Made by a program: the position numbers and the translations under genes. A DNA stretch of 64,000 bases from an uncultured Acidobacteriota bacterium (GTDB lineage: Bacteria > Acidobacteriota > Thermoanaerobaculia > Multivoradales > UBA5704), in the NCBI GenBank assembly GCA_963770895.1, contig CAVYRF010000001.1, positions 1,440,001 to 1,504,000 of the forward strand, given 5' to 3'. This document shows, one piece after another, positions 9,568 through 19,904 of this stretch. The stretch's first letter is position 1. The number at the start of each line of letters is the position of its first letter. The notes under the pieces were generated by a model, which saw only the letters and a program-made list of their open reading frames with translations, made no database searches and was not told where the DNA came from.

Positions 9568-10542
9568 TCAGGTAATCTCGATCTTGCCCAGGCCGAAGGT
9601 GGCGCCCTTCCCTACGTGGAGCACCTGGGCGGTGCGTAGAAGCGGCGCGAACGGAGCCAAGTCGCCGGTCAGCTCGATTTCGCCGACGAACCCGCCGAGG
9701 CTCATCGTGCACTGCTGGCGGTTGCTGTAGCGTTGCCAGTCGTGCCAGTGCAGGTTGGTGGCGGTTTCTCGCACCGCGCTCGCAGCGTCGAGGAGCGGGC
9801 GGAAGCTCCAGTCGATCGCCGCGGCAGGGACGTGGAAATGCGCCAGCTCGAGGGTACGGCGCAGCATCGCGAAGGCCAGCCCGCGGAATCCGAGGGTTGT
9901 CACCAGGTGGTCGCGCACCTTAAGCCGCGTCGGCGTGACGAAACGGACGCGCACGCGGGAGGAATCGGGGAGCTCGCCAAGCGGCACCTCGACGGCGGCG
10001 GGAGTGAATCCCTCGCCGTGGAGCAGCTCGCGCGTCCGGCCGTCCGGCTCGCGAGCGGCGACGCGCTCGACCTTGAACCGGTGGCGCGCGCGGCCGAGGC
10101 CGGCCTCCGCCATGCGCTCGACAGCCAGGACGGCGAACGCCTGCAGGTCGGCCGCCTGACCGACGAGGAGGAGATCGAAGGCGAGAGACTCGCCGGCCGC
10201 GAGCTTTCGCGCGGAGCTCCCCGGCTCGATGACGTAGGGCCGCGGGGCGGTCGGCAGCCCTCGCATCAGCGGCGGCGCCTGGCCCTCGACAAACGTCTCG
10301 AACATCCGGGTGTAGACGCATTCGCGCCGCAACCGGCAGGTGGCACAGGCCTGCTCCCGCCCCATGACGCACACCAGGCGGCGCAGCGCGTGCCCGAACG
10401 CACCGCGGAGCATCGAGCCCTGGTACTCGGGCAGATCGGCTGGCGCCAGGGCGCGCAGGGTGAAGGTGAGGCGCACGTAGGGCAACGTGGGCAGGCGGTA
10501 TGCGACGGCCGCGGGGCTCGTGGGCTCGCTATGGCTCAGCAT
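9568..10542 (-). CDS. cas6: crRNA-processing endoribonuclease Cas6
   Basis: GSMLRGAFG, RFVTPTRLK, W.RYSNRQ, C-terminal HVGKGATFGLG glycine loop. Confidence 0.95.
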   Translation of the reverse strand: MLSHSEPTSPAAVAYRLPTLPYVRLTFTLRALAPADLPEYQGSMLRGAFGHALRRLVCVMGREQACATCRLRRECVYTRMFETFVEGQAPPLMRGLPTAPRPYVIEPGSSARKLAAGESLAFDLLLVGQAADLQAFAVLAVERMAEAGLGRARHRFKVERVAAREPDGRTRELLHGEGFTPAAVEVPLGELPDSSRVRVRFVTPTRLKVRDHLVTTLGFRGLAFAMLRRTLELAHFHVPAAAIDWSFRPLLDAASAVRETATNLHWHDWQRYSNRQQCTMSLGGFVGEIELTGDLAPFAPLLRTAQVLHVGKGATFGLGKIEIT

Positions 10543-10584
10543 CACCACGCCCCTGCCGTGGGCCACGATCAGCGGCCTCGGGGT

Positions 10585-11325
10585 TCAACTGCCAGACCCT
10601 CGCTTGAGGGTGTAGTGGATCTCGATCTCGAGCGGATCGCCCGGCGTCATCCCCCGCAGGCGGTCGTCCCTGGTGAGCGCCGGCACCACCTCGATGCGCC
10701 GGCCGGGCGCCAGGGCTGCCAGGAAGGCTCCGGCCGTCGTCTGCTTCATGCCGCCCATGATGTTGACCACGACCTCGCTTTGCGGGATCGGCGGCATGAT
10801 GTCGGCGAGACGGCGGTAGACGCGCTCCTCGATGGCGTCCCGCACCGCCTCGGGATCGCCGAACGCTTTGTCGGTGAGGGAGATCTTCTCGAAATGCCGT
10901 ACCGATAGGCGCTCGTGGCGGCTCAGATCGTCGACCAGCTTGTCGGCTTCTGCCGCCGAGTCCGGGGAGTGCACGAGCCAGATGCGGCGGAGCGTCGCGG
11001 CGTGGTATTCGATCGCTTTGCGCGCGGTGGCGGCGCCGTCGCCGGAGCTCACGAGCGCGACCAGACCCTGGCATTCGCCGGCCCGGTGCTGGCGCGCCGT
11101 CGGCACCGGGCTCAGCGGCAGGAATCTGCGCACGATCGGCGGGGCGAGAAGCGTCAGGATCGCGAGCGGCACGACGAGAGCCAGGAGCCAGCGCGCCGCG
11201 GCGTTGTGCTGCAGCCAGTTGGAGTTGATGTTGGCGCTCAGGCTGAGCAAGTAGCCGACGATATAAAAGAGCAATGGGATTCGTTCCGCGGTGATCAACC
11301 CGGCGCGCAGGTCGGAAAGTTTCAT
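10585..11325 (-). CDS. 2TM-CARF membrane effector (Cam1-like architecture)
   Basis: Two N-terminal hydrophobic helices, then GLVALVS..IWLVHS..VVVNIMGGMKQTT CARF-like motifs; last gene before cas6. Confidence 0.8.
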   Translation of the reverse strand: MKLSDLRAGLITAERIPLLFYIVGYLLSLSANINSNWLQHNAAARWLLALVVPLAILTLLAPPIVRRFLPLSPVPTARQHRAGECQGLVALVSSGDGAATARKAIEYHAATLRRIWLVHSPDSAAEADKLVDDLSRHERLSVRHFEKISLTDKAFGDPEAVRDAIEERVYRRLADIMPPIPQSEVVVNIMGGMKQTTAGAFLAALAPGRRIEVVPALTRDDRLRGMTPGDPLEIEIHYTLKRGSGS

Positions 11326-11374
11326 GGGTGTGGCCTCGGCATGGGTCGCGATATTGCAAGATGTGGAACTGCAA

Positions 11375-11771
11375 GCATTGCCTGGCCGACCAGCACGAGG
11401 TTGAAGGAAAGAGCCCGCCGGCGGCGAGCCGTCGCGCGCAGCTCCCCGGTTCGAAGACGTATGGCCGCGGGGCCGCCGGCAGCCCTCGCATCAGTGGCGG
11501 CGGCTCGCCCTCGGCGCTTACGCGCCGGCCTGAACGTGGCGGAGGGAACTCCTCCCACGTCGCTAGGCCTCTTGAGGAGGCGAGGGAGGGTGAACACCAG
11601 GACGACGGCAGCGGGCGCGCCGAGCGCGATGGCCAGCGCGAGGCTCGCGTGCGACTGCAAGGCCCCCGCGAGCAGGTTGGCGCTGAGCGCGAGGGCGAAC
11701 CCGGTGGCAACGGACACGAACGACTCCGGGTCGACCATCAGCTTGCGCCATCGTCTCCAGTCCAAGGTCAT
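11375..11771 (-). pseudogene. Remnant: N-terminus of a second 2TM gene joined to an internal cas6 fragment
   Basis: MTLDW...ALSANLL...TM pair resembles 10585..11325; PPLMRGLPAAPRPYVFEPG and LSFNLVLVGQA match cas6. Confidence 0.7.
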
Positions 11772-11832
11772 TGCTCTCGTCCCCTTCCGGCGGCGCCTTG
11801 CTCGGCCGCGATGGCCGATGCCCGTCGCGCTC

Positions 11833-13227
11833 TCAAACCTTGACGCGCAGGACCCTGCCTTTCTGGTCCACCGTCTCGACGTGCACGGTCCGGCGATCGC
11901 CGGCCTGCCACGGCGTGGGCACACGCGGTGCGAACACGATGTCGTCCTGCCCGGTCGCCGTGTCGCGCAGGCGGAAGACGTTGCCCTCGGCGGTCAGGAC
12001 TTCGACCTTGATCTTGTCCTTCTTTTTGCGCTGCGGCGGCGCCGGCATGGGCCGTTCGCGCACGAGCGCTGCGAGCGTCTCAAAGGCCGCGTGCGGGTCG
12101 CCGGTCCCGTCTCCGGGGCTGTTGACGCCGGTACCGCCGGTCTGGTCCAAAGCGCCTCTCGCGGCCGGCACATACCTGCCGTGCCGATCCAGGCCGACCC
12201 CGCGGTACCCTTGGTGCCCGAGGTAGCCGGTGACGCTCTCGCGCGGCCGGTCCCGTCGCAGCAGCTCTTCGAGCTCTCCCTGGAGCCAGCCCGGAGGCTG
12301 CGGCCAGGCCGCGGCATCGAAGCCTGCATGCGCACCCCACGCGCCGTAGCGGTGGGCGGGGGTGGCAAGCTGCGAGTCGGCGGCCCTCACCGTGACGATG
12401 CACGAGCCGTAGCCCAGAGGCTTGGCCATCCCCTGCTTGTGCGCATGTCGCTCGTCGAGTACGAGGCAGGCGAGAAAGCGACAGACCTCCTCGTCGGACA
12501 GGCTATGGAGGTGTACCTGGAAGTCGAACCGCGTGCCCGAGCTCGCGTACTCGCAGATGGCGTGCGACCGGGTGCTCCAGGAAGCCTGAGCGACGCCGGG
12601 CGCGGGCAGGGGTGGGTGGTGGAAGTACAGCTTGCGGCCGCGGATCGGGCCGCCCGCGGCGCCGGAGCTGCTGTAGATCGCAGAGTGCTGCGGCTTGGGT
12701 GAGGAGAGCTCGGCGAGCCGCACGGTGTCCGCGGTAAGAGCCGAGCCCGGAGCCAGGACCGCGTCGGTGAAGCGTACCCGGCTGGCGGCGTGCACCTTGT
12801 CGCCCAGGGCGATACCGAACAGACGGCAGGCCGGGCAGAGGTGCGTCACGTCGTTGCAGCGGTCGTGACGGTACAGCTCGGGTACCGCAAGCCGGTATGC
12901 GCCGGCGCCCGCACCGAGTGGCAGGCAGGAAGGAAAGGCAGCCTCAAAGACGGCGCGCAGCATGCCTTTGAGCGACGCGCCCTGGACGATTGGCCGGCCG
13001 GCACCGTCGCGGAGAAATCCCAAGCGGAGGCGCTTGTCGCCCGGCGCCACGGGCTCCTCCCGCCGATGGTCGGCGGTGAAGAGCGGACCGAGCGCCGTGA
13101 GCTCGCACGACAGAACGCCGGTCACGCCTACATCACGACGCCAGCCGGGAAATGCGCTGCGCTCCGGGCCCCGAGCCGGCAACGGCACAAAGCCGTAGGG
13201 GCTGTGGGTGGGCCGCGGGCCGGTCAC
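11833..13227 (-). CDS. Type III-D Cas7-family RAMP (TIGR03986-like) with C-terminal beta-rich domain
   Basis: SPYGFVP, QGASLKGMLR, CPACRLFG, GRKLYFH, GMAKPLGYGS. Confidence 0.85.
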   Translation of the reverse strand: MTGPRPTHSPYGFVPLPARGPERSAFPGWRRDVGVTGVLSCELTALGPLFTADHRREEPVAPGDKRLRLGFLRDGAGRPIVQGASLKGMLRAVFEAAFPSCLPLGAGAGAYRLAVPELYRHDRCNDVTHLCPACRLFGIALGDKVHAASRVRFTDAVLAPGSALTADTVRLAELSSPKPQHSAIYSSSGAAGGPIRGRKLYFHHPPLPAPGVAQASWSTRSHAICEYASSGTRFDFQVHLHSLSDEEVCRFLACLVLDERHAHKQGMAKPLGYGSCIVTVRAADSQLATPAHRYGAWGAHAGFDAAAWPQPPGWLQGELEELLRRDRPRESVTGYLGHQGYRGVGLDRHGRYVPAARGALDQTGGTGVNSPGDGTGDPHAAFETLAALVRERPMPAPPQRKKKDKIKVEVLTAEGNVFRLRDTATGQDDIVFAPRVPTPWQAGDRRTVHVETVDQKGRVLRVKV

Positions 13228-13826
13228 GGGCGACCTCCACGTCCGCGCCGCGGAGCACCCGCGCCCGCACCGAGGTCCTCTCGTGGCTCCTCGTCGCGGA
13301 GCATCGCGAGCCCGACGCAGCGCACGAACTCGCCGCGCTGCCGCACCGCGTCGCGATACCAGCGGGCGGTGAGCCGTGGTGTCGCGCCCGCAGGCGGCGG
13401 CAAGACCTCGCGGTCGAGCGGAAAGGTCTGGATCTCCGGCAGCTCGCGGGCGTAGAAGCGCGCGCCCCCATCGGGGTTGCCTTCCCGATCGCGCTGCGGA
13501 TCGACCCACTCGCCCCAGAGCACGATGTGGGCCTCGCGCGTCCGCACGAGATCGAGCGGTGCCGAGAAGCCGGCCGGCATCGGCACCGCCGGCTCGAGGA
13601 GCAGCACCGCATGCACGCCCTCCTCCGCGCGGTGGCGCTGCCAGCGGTACTCGCCAGCCGGTCCGAAGAGCCGCCCCGCGGGCCATGCGGCCAGGTCGGC
13701 CCAGTCCGCCACCTCCTGGCGTCGCGCCAGGCGTGCCGCGGCCGGCGCCTCCAGCCAGGCGTAAGCGAAGTCCGGCAGGCCCGCGGGATGGCCGGCAAGG
13801 CGGGCGAAGGCGATGCAGGCGCTCAC
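13224..13826 (-). CDS. csx19: Csx19-like type III-D subunit
   Basis: GRLFGPAGEYRW, VLWGE, position before last RAMP; overlapping start/stop codons. Confidence 0.75.
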   Translation of the reverse strand: MSACIAFARLAGHPAGLPDFAYAWLEAPAAARLARRQEVADWADLAAWPAGRLFGPAGEYRWQRHRAEEGVHAVLLLEPAVPMPAGFSAPLDLVRTREAHIVLWGEWVDPQRDREGNPDGGARFYARELPEIQTFPLDREVLPPPAGATPRLTARWYRDAVRQRGEFVRCVGLAMLRDEEPREDLGAGAGAPRRGRGGRP

Positions 13827-14857
13827 GCCGGCACCTGCGCGGATTCCGGTCCGCCGCCCGGGCGCCCGATGAAGTCGGCGAACGCCGCCGCCGCGGCGCG
13901 CCACAGGTCGTCGAGGTCGGCAACAAGGTAGGTCTCGTAGAGGGACAGGCTGTGGTCGGGCTTGGGGGTGAGGCGCGCGGCAGGCGCCGGCCACTCGTGG
14001 AGGCCATAGTGCTGCCGCTCGGCCGGCGACGAGAGGCTGCCCAGGTGGTCGATGCACTTGCCGCCGTGGCCGGCGGGGTAGGCGAGGCGCGCTTCGCGGA
14101 CCGTTCCTTGGACCTGCCCGAAGCCCTTGGACTTGCCGAAGCCGAGCGCCACCATTCCGTCGGCGAAGTCGTTGAACACGTGGGCGAGAAGGCCGAGCTG
14201 CCAGAGCTCGAAGTTGGTGACCGTCACCGTGGTCGTGAAGGTTGTGTCCTCGAGCGCATGGAAGCGCATGTTGGCGCCGCCGCGGGCGCCAGTCTCTTCG
14301 TTTGCGTTCCCGGCGTAGACGCCGCCCGTGAAGCGGTCGATGCCGATCATGTCGCGGTAGACCGACCGGCAGGGGCCGGTCAGGTCGGCGTCGGCGAGCT
14401 GCACGCGGCTTGCGGTTGCTGTGCAGCCGAAGAGCCGGCAGGCAGGGCAGGCGGCGGCATAGGGCGAGGGTTCGGGCGGGCTGGCGCGGAGCCGCGAAGA
14501 GCACGAGGCGAGGTCAGCCGGCGCGTCGACGAACGGATCGCAGGCCGTTGTCGGTGGGCGGTCCTCGGCGCCGCGGAGGGAGCGTACGATCCGCTCGGCC
14601 TGGGCGCGGAACGGACCCCGCAGCGAGGTGCCGGGCACGTAGAAGGGTAGGTCCGGCGGCTTGCCGGGGTGGCTCAACACCGCACGCTTGAGCTCATGGT
14701 TGTGGTCGCTGCTGCGGCTGACAAACAGCTTGTTGGGGAGCTTCCCGCGGTTGGCCCGATCGTCGGGTTTCTCGTAGCGGCCGTCAGCGATGAGCAGCGG
14801 CCCAGGACAGGCAAGGGTCCAGGTGAAGCTTGCACTACACAGGCGGCGCCGCATCAT
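13823..14857 (-). CDS. csm3: Cas7/Csm3-like RAMP
   Basis: YVPGTSLRG, CPACRLFG, IGIDRFTGG, GFGKSKGFG. Confidence 0.85.
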   Translation of the reverse strand: MMRRRLCSASFTWTLACPGPLLIADGRYEKPDDRANRGKLPNKLFVSRSSDHNHELKRAVLSHPGKPPDLPFYVPGTSLRGPFRAQAERIVRSLRGAEDRPPTTACDPFVDAPADLASCSSRLRASPPEPSPYAAACPACRLFGCTATASRVQLADADLTGPCRSVYRDMIGIDRFTGGVYAGNANEETGARGGANMRFHALEDTTFTTTVTVTNFELWQLGLLAHVFNDFADGMVALGFGKSKGFGQVQGTVREARLAYPAGHGGKCIDHLGSLSSPAERQHYGLHEWPAPAARLTPKPDHSLSLYETYLVADLDDLWRAAAAAFADFIGRPGGGPESAQVPA

Positions 14858-15678
14858 GCCGCGCCTCCGGCCCACACGAGCGGGGCGTGAGGGTCGCCGC
14901 CGCCCGCCAGAGCCCGCCATAGGGCCTCGGGGCTCTCGAAACCGCGGACCTCGAGGCCCTCACGCCGCAAGCAGACCTCGCCGAGGCCGGCGGAGCGCTT
15001 GCCGCCGACGAAGAGCCCGTGGTGCAGGAGGTCCAGGGAGAGCTGGACCAGCCGGCGATCGGCGCTCCCAGGCGGCCCCAGGTTCTCGGCCTCCATGCCG
15101 AAGTGGAAGACCGGCCCGCACTCGAGGACCTCGAAGTTGAATTTGACGTTCTCGCGCGCCGTACCGGTGTCGCGGTCGATGCCCACGCCGTCGCGCACCA
15201 CCGACTTGTCGGCGAGCGGCGACGGCGACTCGGGGCGGCAGTCGCCAATGCGCAGCCGCGAAGCGAAGGTGGGGGAGCCGAAGAGCTTGCAGACGTCGCA
15301 CAGCTCGCTCTCAAGGAAGCCGAAAACATCAGAGTCGTCCCCCTGGACGAGCTCGGCGAGCTGCTCCTGCTTGCGGCGACTGGCGGTCACGCAGGCGTCC
15401 GCGGCGTCGTCGGCGACGAAGAGGGTGCAGGAGCGCAAGCCGGCGGCCGCGCCGCAGCCGCCGAGGATGCGCTCGACCTCGGAGCGCAGCGCACCGCGCA
15501 GGCTGCTGCCCGGGATGATCGGCACGCCGGCGCGATCGCGCATGAGCGGCGCATCCGTGATCTCGGAGGCGCGGCCCGACGACAGGCGGAGCGGGCTCTT
15601 GAGCTCGAGCTTGCCACGAAAGCGGTAGCGGTTGCGCAGCACGTCGTGACCAGATAAGCGGGGCGGGCCGGTGGTCAT
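14854..15678 (-). CDS. csx7: Cas7-family RAMP (Csx7-like)
   Basis: IPGSSLRGALRS, CDVCKLFGS, RDGVGIDRDTG, GGKRSAGLG. Confidence 0.85.
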   Translation of the reverse strand: MTTGPPRLSGHDVLRNRYRFRGKLELKSPLRLSSGRASEITDAPLMRDRAGVPIIPGSSLRGALRSEVERILGGCGAAAGLRSCTLFVADDAADACVTASRRKQEQLAELVQGDDSDVFGFLESELCDVCKLFGSPTFASRLRIGDCRPESPSPLADKSVVRDGVGIDRDTGTARENVKFNFEVLECGPVFHFGMEAENLGPPGSADRRLVQLSLDLLHHGLFVGGKRSAGLGEVCLRREGLEVRGFESPEALWRALAGGGDPHAPLVWAGGAA

Positions 15679-16217
15679 CTGGGAGCTCCTGGGGCGCTCT
15701 CGGCGGCAGCGCCGGATGGGGTGGCCTCGGCGGCAAAGGCCAGAAGGGGCATGGGCACGCCTACCGCGGCTTCGTAGCGATAGAGGCCTGAGAACCGACT
15801 CCAGAAGCGCTGGAGCGCCGCAAGGCGGTTGAGGTCCGCGGGGGGCTCGGCGGGGATGTAGAGTTCGCCCTCGACCCATCGCAGCAGCTCGCCGCCGAGG
15901 CTCTCCGCGACGCCTTCGCCAAATGCCGGCGGCAGCAGCCAGGAGGCCGGCGGCGCGCCGCGCTGGGCGCGCGCCTCCAGCCGATCGAGTTGGTGCCGCA
16001 GCCAATACCGGAGCGACCCGCGCGCCTGGTCGAAGGTGGTGGCGGAGGCGATGAGCTCGCCGGCTGCCGCGAGCTGTGCGGCCGAGATGCGACCGGGTGT
16101 GAAGCCCAGCCGGTACAGTCGCTGCGCCGCCTCGATCAGCACATCGTCGAGCGCCGCGAGCGCCGCATCGGCGCGCAGGGCGCATTCGAGGGCCGGTGCC
16201 TCCGCGTTTGGGCTCAT
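15675..16217 (-). CDS. Cas11-like small subunit
   Basis: Helical 180-aa ORF coupled between csx10 and csx7; ISAAQL..WLRHQ pattern. Confidence 0.65.
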   Translation of the reverse strand: MSPNAEAPALECALRADAALAALDDVLIEAAQRLYRLGFTPGRISAAQLAAAGELIASATTFDQARGSLRYWLRHQLDRLEARAQRGAPPASWLLPPAFGEGVAESLGGELLRWVEGELYIPAEPPADLNRLAALQRFWSRFSGLYRYEAAVGVPMPLLAFAAEATPSGAAAESAPGAPR

Positions 16218-17293
16218 CGCTCGTCCTCCGGGCCGAGGTGGAACGGATGCCAGAGCACCGCGCTGCCGTAGCCCTCGCCATGGCTGCCCCCGATCCAGCC
16301 GCGGCCGTTGCCCTCGGGTAGCTGGGGCGTCCGGGTCGGGCTTGCTGCCTCGAAGAGGAAGGCGCTGCCGGCGGCTACCGCCAAGCGCTCGGACCGCGGC
16401 AGGCGGACCGGCTCGCCGTCGAAGCCGAACACCTCGCGGGTGGCGGCGAAAGCGCGCGGGCGTGGCCGCCAGTCGCCGGGGGAGATGCCGAGCGGCGTCA
16501 GATCCGCAAGGTCCGGCGCGCTCGCGGGGCGCAGGTAGTCGTCGTGGAAGAGCCCGTCCGACAGCAGGGTCACCGCCAGTACCGGTCTACCGGCCGTGGC
16601 CGCGTAGCGCTCGAACCGCTCGCGCACTGGACAGAGCTCGAGCGCAGTCGGTGCTGCGCGGCCCACCGTCGCCCAGCCCTGTCCGCGGCTGCCACCGGTG
16701 CCGAAGGAGGCTTGCCACGACTCGGCGATCAACCCTTCCAATGTCGCGGCCAGGTCCGAGGGCGCCTCGATCGTCGCGGTGAAGGTCTGCCCGGCCGCGA
16801 GGAGACGCTGGCTGTACAGTTGCCCGGCGCTCGCCGTACCGCGACGCGGATCGATCGCCGTGCGCGTGGCGAGCCGGATGATCGGCGAGACGCTGCGGCG
16901 CTCTCTCGGCAGCCAGAAGCCCTCGCAGTAGTCGAGGGGCCGCCGGCACCGGGCGCAGACCGATGGACCGCTCCCCAGCAGGAGGAGGTCGGCGATGCCG
17001 TGGCCGCCCTCAGCCAGGGCGCCCGGCTCGTACTTGCAGCTACGTGCCGAAAGCGGCATCACCTCGGCGCCGCAGAGGGTCGCCGGTCCATAGCGGACTT
17101 CGCCGGCGAGAAAGAGGCGTCCGAACAGAGCGTCGGGAACGCCGCCCCGCCGCTCGAGATACCGGCGCGCGAGGACACCGCGCAGCGCATTGCCGGGGAT
17201 CGCGACCAGGGTGTCGGTGAGGTTGGAGGCGGGCGGGGCGGCAGCAAGGAGCGCCGGCGAGACAAGGGTGATGTCCACTGCCAGCGCGGTCAT
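16214..17293 (-). CDS. csx10: Cas5-family RAMP Csx10
   Basis: IPGNALRG, TRTAID...GQLY, GTGGSRGQG, TLLSD, AGSAF, GEGYG. Confidence 0.85.
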   Translation of the reverse strand: MTALAVDITLVSPALLAAAPPASNLTDTLVAIPGNALRGVLARRYLERRGGVPDALFGRLFLAGEVRYGPATLCGAEVMPLSARSCKYEPGALAEGGHGIADLLLLGSGPSVCARCRRPLDYCEGFWLPRERRSVSPIIRLATRTAIDPRRGTASAGQLYSQRLLAAGQTFTATIEAPSDLAATLEGLIAESWQASFGTGGSRGQGWATVGRAAPTALELCPVRERFERYAATAGRPVLAVTLLSDGLFHDDYLRPASAPDLADLTPLGISPGDWRPRPRAFAATREVFGFDGEPVRLPRSERLAVAAGSAFLFEAASPTRTPQLPEGNGRGWIGGSHGEGYGSAVLWHPFHLGPEDER

Positions 17294-17931
17294 CGCCACG
17301 TCCCCTCGATCCGCACGCCGCCGGCGAGCCGCCCCCAGCCCGCGGCCTTGCGGGCGCCGATGGCATCGACGATCGCCCCGCTCCAGCGCAGGAACACGAG
17401 CTCGTCGTCGGCGAGTGCGCCGTTCGCGACGATCGTGCCGTGGAAGCCAAGCTCGGCCGGCAGCGCCTCGTCGAAGAACAGGTGATCGGCAAGGGCCGTG
17501 CGGCTGCGGCGGGCCACCGCCAGGCCGGGACGGATCTCGACATCGGGGTGCACCACCGGGTTGGCATGGCCCCGGAGCAGCGCTGCACAGAGCTCCCGCC
17601 ACGGCTCGCTCAATGCGGCGTCGCCGACGCGCACCTGGCCGGCGACCGCACCGTTGCCGAAAAGGCGGCAGGCGGTACAGGCCGTGGACAGCCGTTTGCA
17701 GGCGGGTTTCTGTGCATCGTGGAGCCAGTAGGGGTCCGGCGCCCCACCGGAGCGCAGCAGGCGCTCGGCATGAAAGCGCAGCCGACCCTTGATCGTGGAC
17801 CCGGGGACGACCGGCAGGCCCGCGGCGTCGCGCACCGTGAAGCGATCGACGAGTCCCGCGGCGCCAAGCCCGGTGAAGATGCCGGTGGGCGAGGCGAGCG
17901 ACAGATCGTAGGCCGCCGCGCGCTCAGGCAT
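17290..17931 (-). CDS. Cas7-family RAMP
   Basis: VPGSTIKGRLR, CTACRLFG, IGARKAAGWG. Confidence 0.85.
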   Translation of the reverse strand: MPERAAAYDLSLASPTGIFTGLGAAGLVDRFTVRDAAGLPVVPGSTIKGRLRFHAERLLRSGGAPDPYWLHDAQKPACKRLSTACTACRLFGNGAVAGQVRVGDAALSEPWRELCAALLRGHANPVVHPDVEIRPGLAVARRSRTALADHLFFDEALPAELGFHGTIVANGALADDELVFLRWSGAIVDAIGARKAAGWGRLAGGVRIEGTWR

Positions 17932-19729
17932 GGGTGTCCGGGTCCTCTGCAGGGTGGGCGCCGGCTGCCGGCGGGATGGGCAGGCTGCCGGCGGGCGCGG
18001 CGGGCGGGACGAAGTCGAGCATTTCGACCAGCTCGGTCAGCGGCGTGCTCCAGGCGGACTTGTCACGCTCGCGGAAGGGGAAGCGGTCGAGCTCCGCCAC
18101 CAGCTCGGCGAGCGGTCCGCCGGCCGCGAGGTCGCCGGTCGTCTGGAGCCGTTCGCGTAGCTGAAGCGCCTCGTATTGCGCCTGCACGGGTTGCCGGAAG
18201 AGGGCGGCATAGAGCGCCTTGAGTTTGCTCCGCGGCACGGACGATGCCTTGAGCGCCGCGATCCGCTGGCGCAGCGCGCCGAGGCCTGCCGCCGTGTACG
18301 GCCGCTCGGTGCGAAGCAGCGCCGCGCCGCTCGGCAGCGTCGTGCGGTACTCGGTGGCACGGCGGTGTTTCAGGCTCTCGCTGCCACTCTCGTGGATCAC
18401 CGCGAAGTCGATCGTGCCGGCGGCCGTCCCCGACTCGGCAAGATCCGAGGCGAAGTGTTTGGCGAGCTTCATCAGCTCTGCGGCATGGTCCAGGAGCTGC
18501 GACGCCGGGAACGAGGCGTGCGCGATCGCCACGCCGGCCGAGGTCGTCAGGCCGTCGGGTGCGAAGCACCGGGCGAGGGCGCCGCTCCGCACCCGCTCGC
18601 GCTGGAGCTCGCGGGTCCGCTCCTGAAACAGCGTGACGAAGCGCTCCGCCACCGCCAGGGCCGATTGCGCTGGGACGATGAGCACGAGGTCGTCGCCGCC
18701 GGCGATCACGAACTCGGCCGGAATGAGGCGCGCCGGCTCGCCGCGGCCTGTGCCTGACCGGCGGCGCGGGCGCGTCTCCGCAGGCTCCGTCGCGACCTCG
18801 GCGATCACCGCTTCGACGGCCGCGGCGCGGGTGGCCTGGTCGACGATGGCGGAGAACGCTGCGTAGGCCGCCCTGGCCTCTCCATCACCGGCCGACTGAG
18901 CGCCGATCTGGCGGATGGTCTCGCCCATCCGGTTGCCGTCGGCATAGATGAGGGCGAAGTAATTGCGCGGTAGGGAGCGCGCGCCGATGTCGTCGAAATC
19001 CACGGGTAGGAGAACTCGGACCTTGGCGCCAAAGCGCTCCGCCGCCTGGGCCGCGAGGGTGGCAAGGACGCTGTCGGGCCAGCGCTGCTCGATCTCGCGG
19101 AGGGTGGGGATCGGTGTGAGCAGGTCGTAGTTCCGCTTGGCCTCGCGGTAGAACTCGCGGATGGTGTCGCGCTTGTACAGGCACGAGGAGCAGAGGAAGT
19201 GCCGACCCTGAACGTCGGCAGGCGGAACGGTCTCGGCGGGCCGCCTGCCGCACGACGAACAGGGCCGCAGCCAGCGACCGCCCAGCACCGGAAACGCCGC
19301 CAGACGGCCGAGCTTGTTGCTCTGCGACTCGGCCACGCCGCGCGCCACCCACGTGGTGAAAGGCTCGCTGGGCAGGCGGTCCAGGACCTCGATGGAAATG
19401 CGTGCGCTGCCCGTACGGTCACGATAGAGAGCGGCGACCGCCTCGGCAAAGCGCTCCGCGGCCACCCGGGTCGGAAACAGGATCCGCCCCGAGCCGCCCC
19501 CCAGATAGACAATCTCCGCATCGCGAAAGTCGGGCTGGGCGAGGAGCGAGCGCGTGTCCACGCGGTTCAGACGATCGAGGAGAAGGCTTGCCCCGCGCGT
19601 CTCGCGCAGATAGCGGGAACCAAAGAGATAGCTCTTGACCCGCTGGGTCTCCAAGACGACGAGCACCGGCGGCTCGGGCGCTGCCGGCGACGGGGGATGC
19701 CTGTGGAAGGTACCGGTCGGGCTCGTCAT
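17924..19729 (-). CDS. cas10: Cas10 large subunit, HD-less, palm GGDD intact
   Basis: VKSYLF..LRETRGAS, YLGGGSG, CSSC/CSSC zinc finger, YADGNRMG, AGGDDL. Confidence 0.95.
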   Translation of the reverse strand: MTSPTGTFHRHPPSPAAPEPPVLVVLETQRVKSYLFGSRYLRETRGASLLLDRLNRVDTRSLLAQPDFRDAEIVYLGGGSGRILFPTRVAAERFAEAVAALYRDRTGSARISIEVLDRLPSEPFTTWVARGVAESQSNKLGRLAAFPVLGGRWLRPCSSCGRRPAETVPPADVQGRHFLCSSCLYKRDTIREFYREAKRNYDLLTPIPTLREIEQRWPDSVLATLAAQAAERFGAKVRVLLPVDFDDIGARSLPRNYFALIYADGNRMGETIRQIGAQSAGDGEARAAYAAFSAIVDQATRAAAVEAVIAEVATEPAETRPRRRSGTGRGEPARLIPAEFVIAGGDDLVLIVPAQSALAVAERFVTLFQERTRELQRERVRSGALARCFAPDGLTTSAGVAIAHASFPASQLLDHAAELMKLAKHFASDLAESGTAAGTIDFAVIHESGSESLKHRRATEYRTTLPSGAALLRTERPYTAAGLGALRQRIAALKASSVPRSKLKALYAALFRQPVQAQYEALQLRERLQTTGDLAAGGPLAELVAELDRFPFRERDKSAWSTPLTELVEMLDFVPPAAPAGSLPIPPAAGAHPAEDPDTHA

Positions 19730-19904
19730 CAGGTGCTGTACAGATGCGAGGGGAGCCGCGCCCCACGGCCGCGACGGTCAGCGATCGTGGCGGTCGGCGC
19801 CCCCACGAAGAACCCCGTGGCAGTCCATGCAGGGCTGAGCATATGTCTCTTATTCTCAAGCTTTCGCTAGCATGCTTAGGCTATCGCCTCGTAGATGCGA
19901 TGTA

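Noticed and set aside
19840-19876. Cluster of 6-bp palindromes (CATATG, AAGCTT, GCTAGC, GCATGC) resembling a polylinker
   Set aside because: No other vector sequence; likely chance in an AT-richer promoter region.
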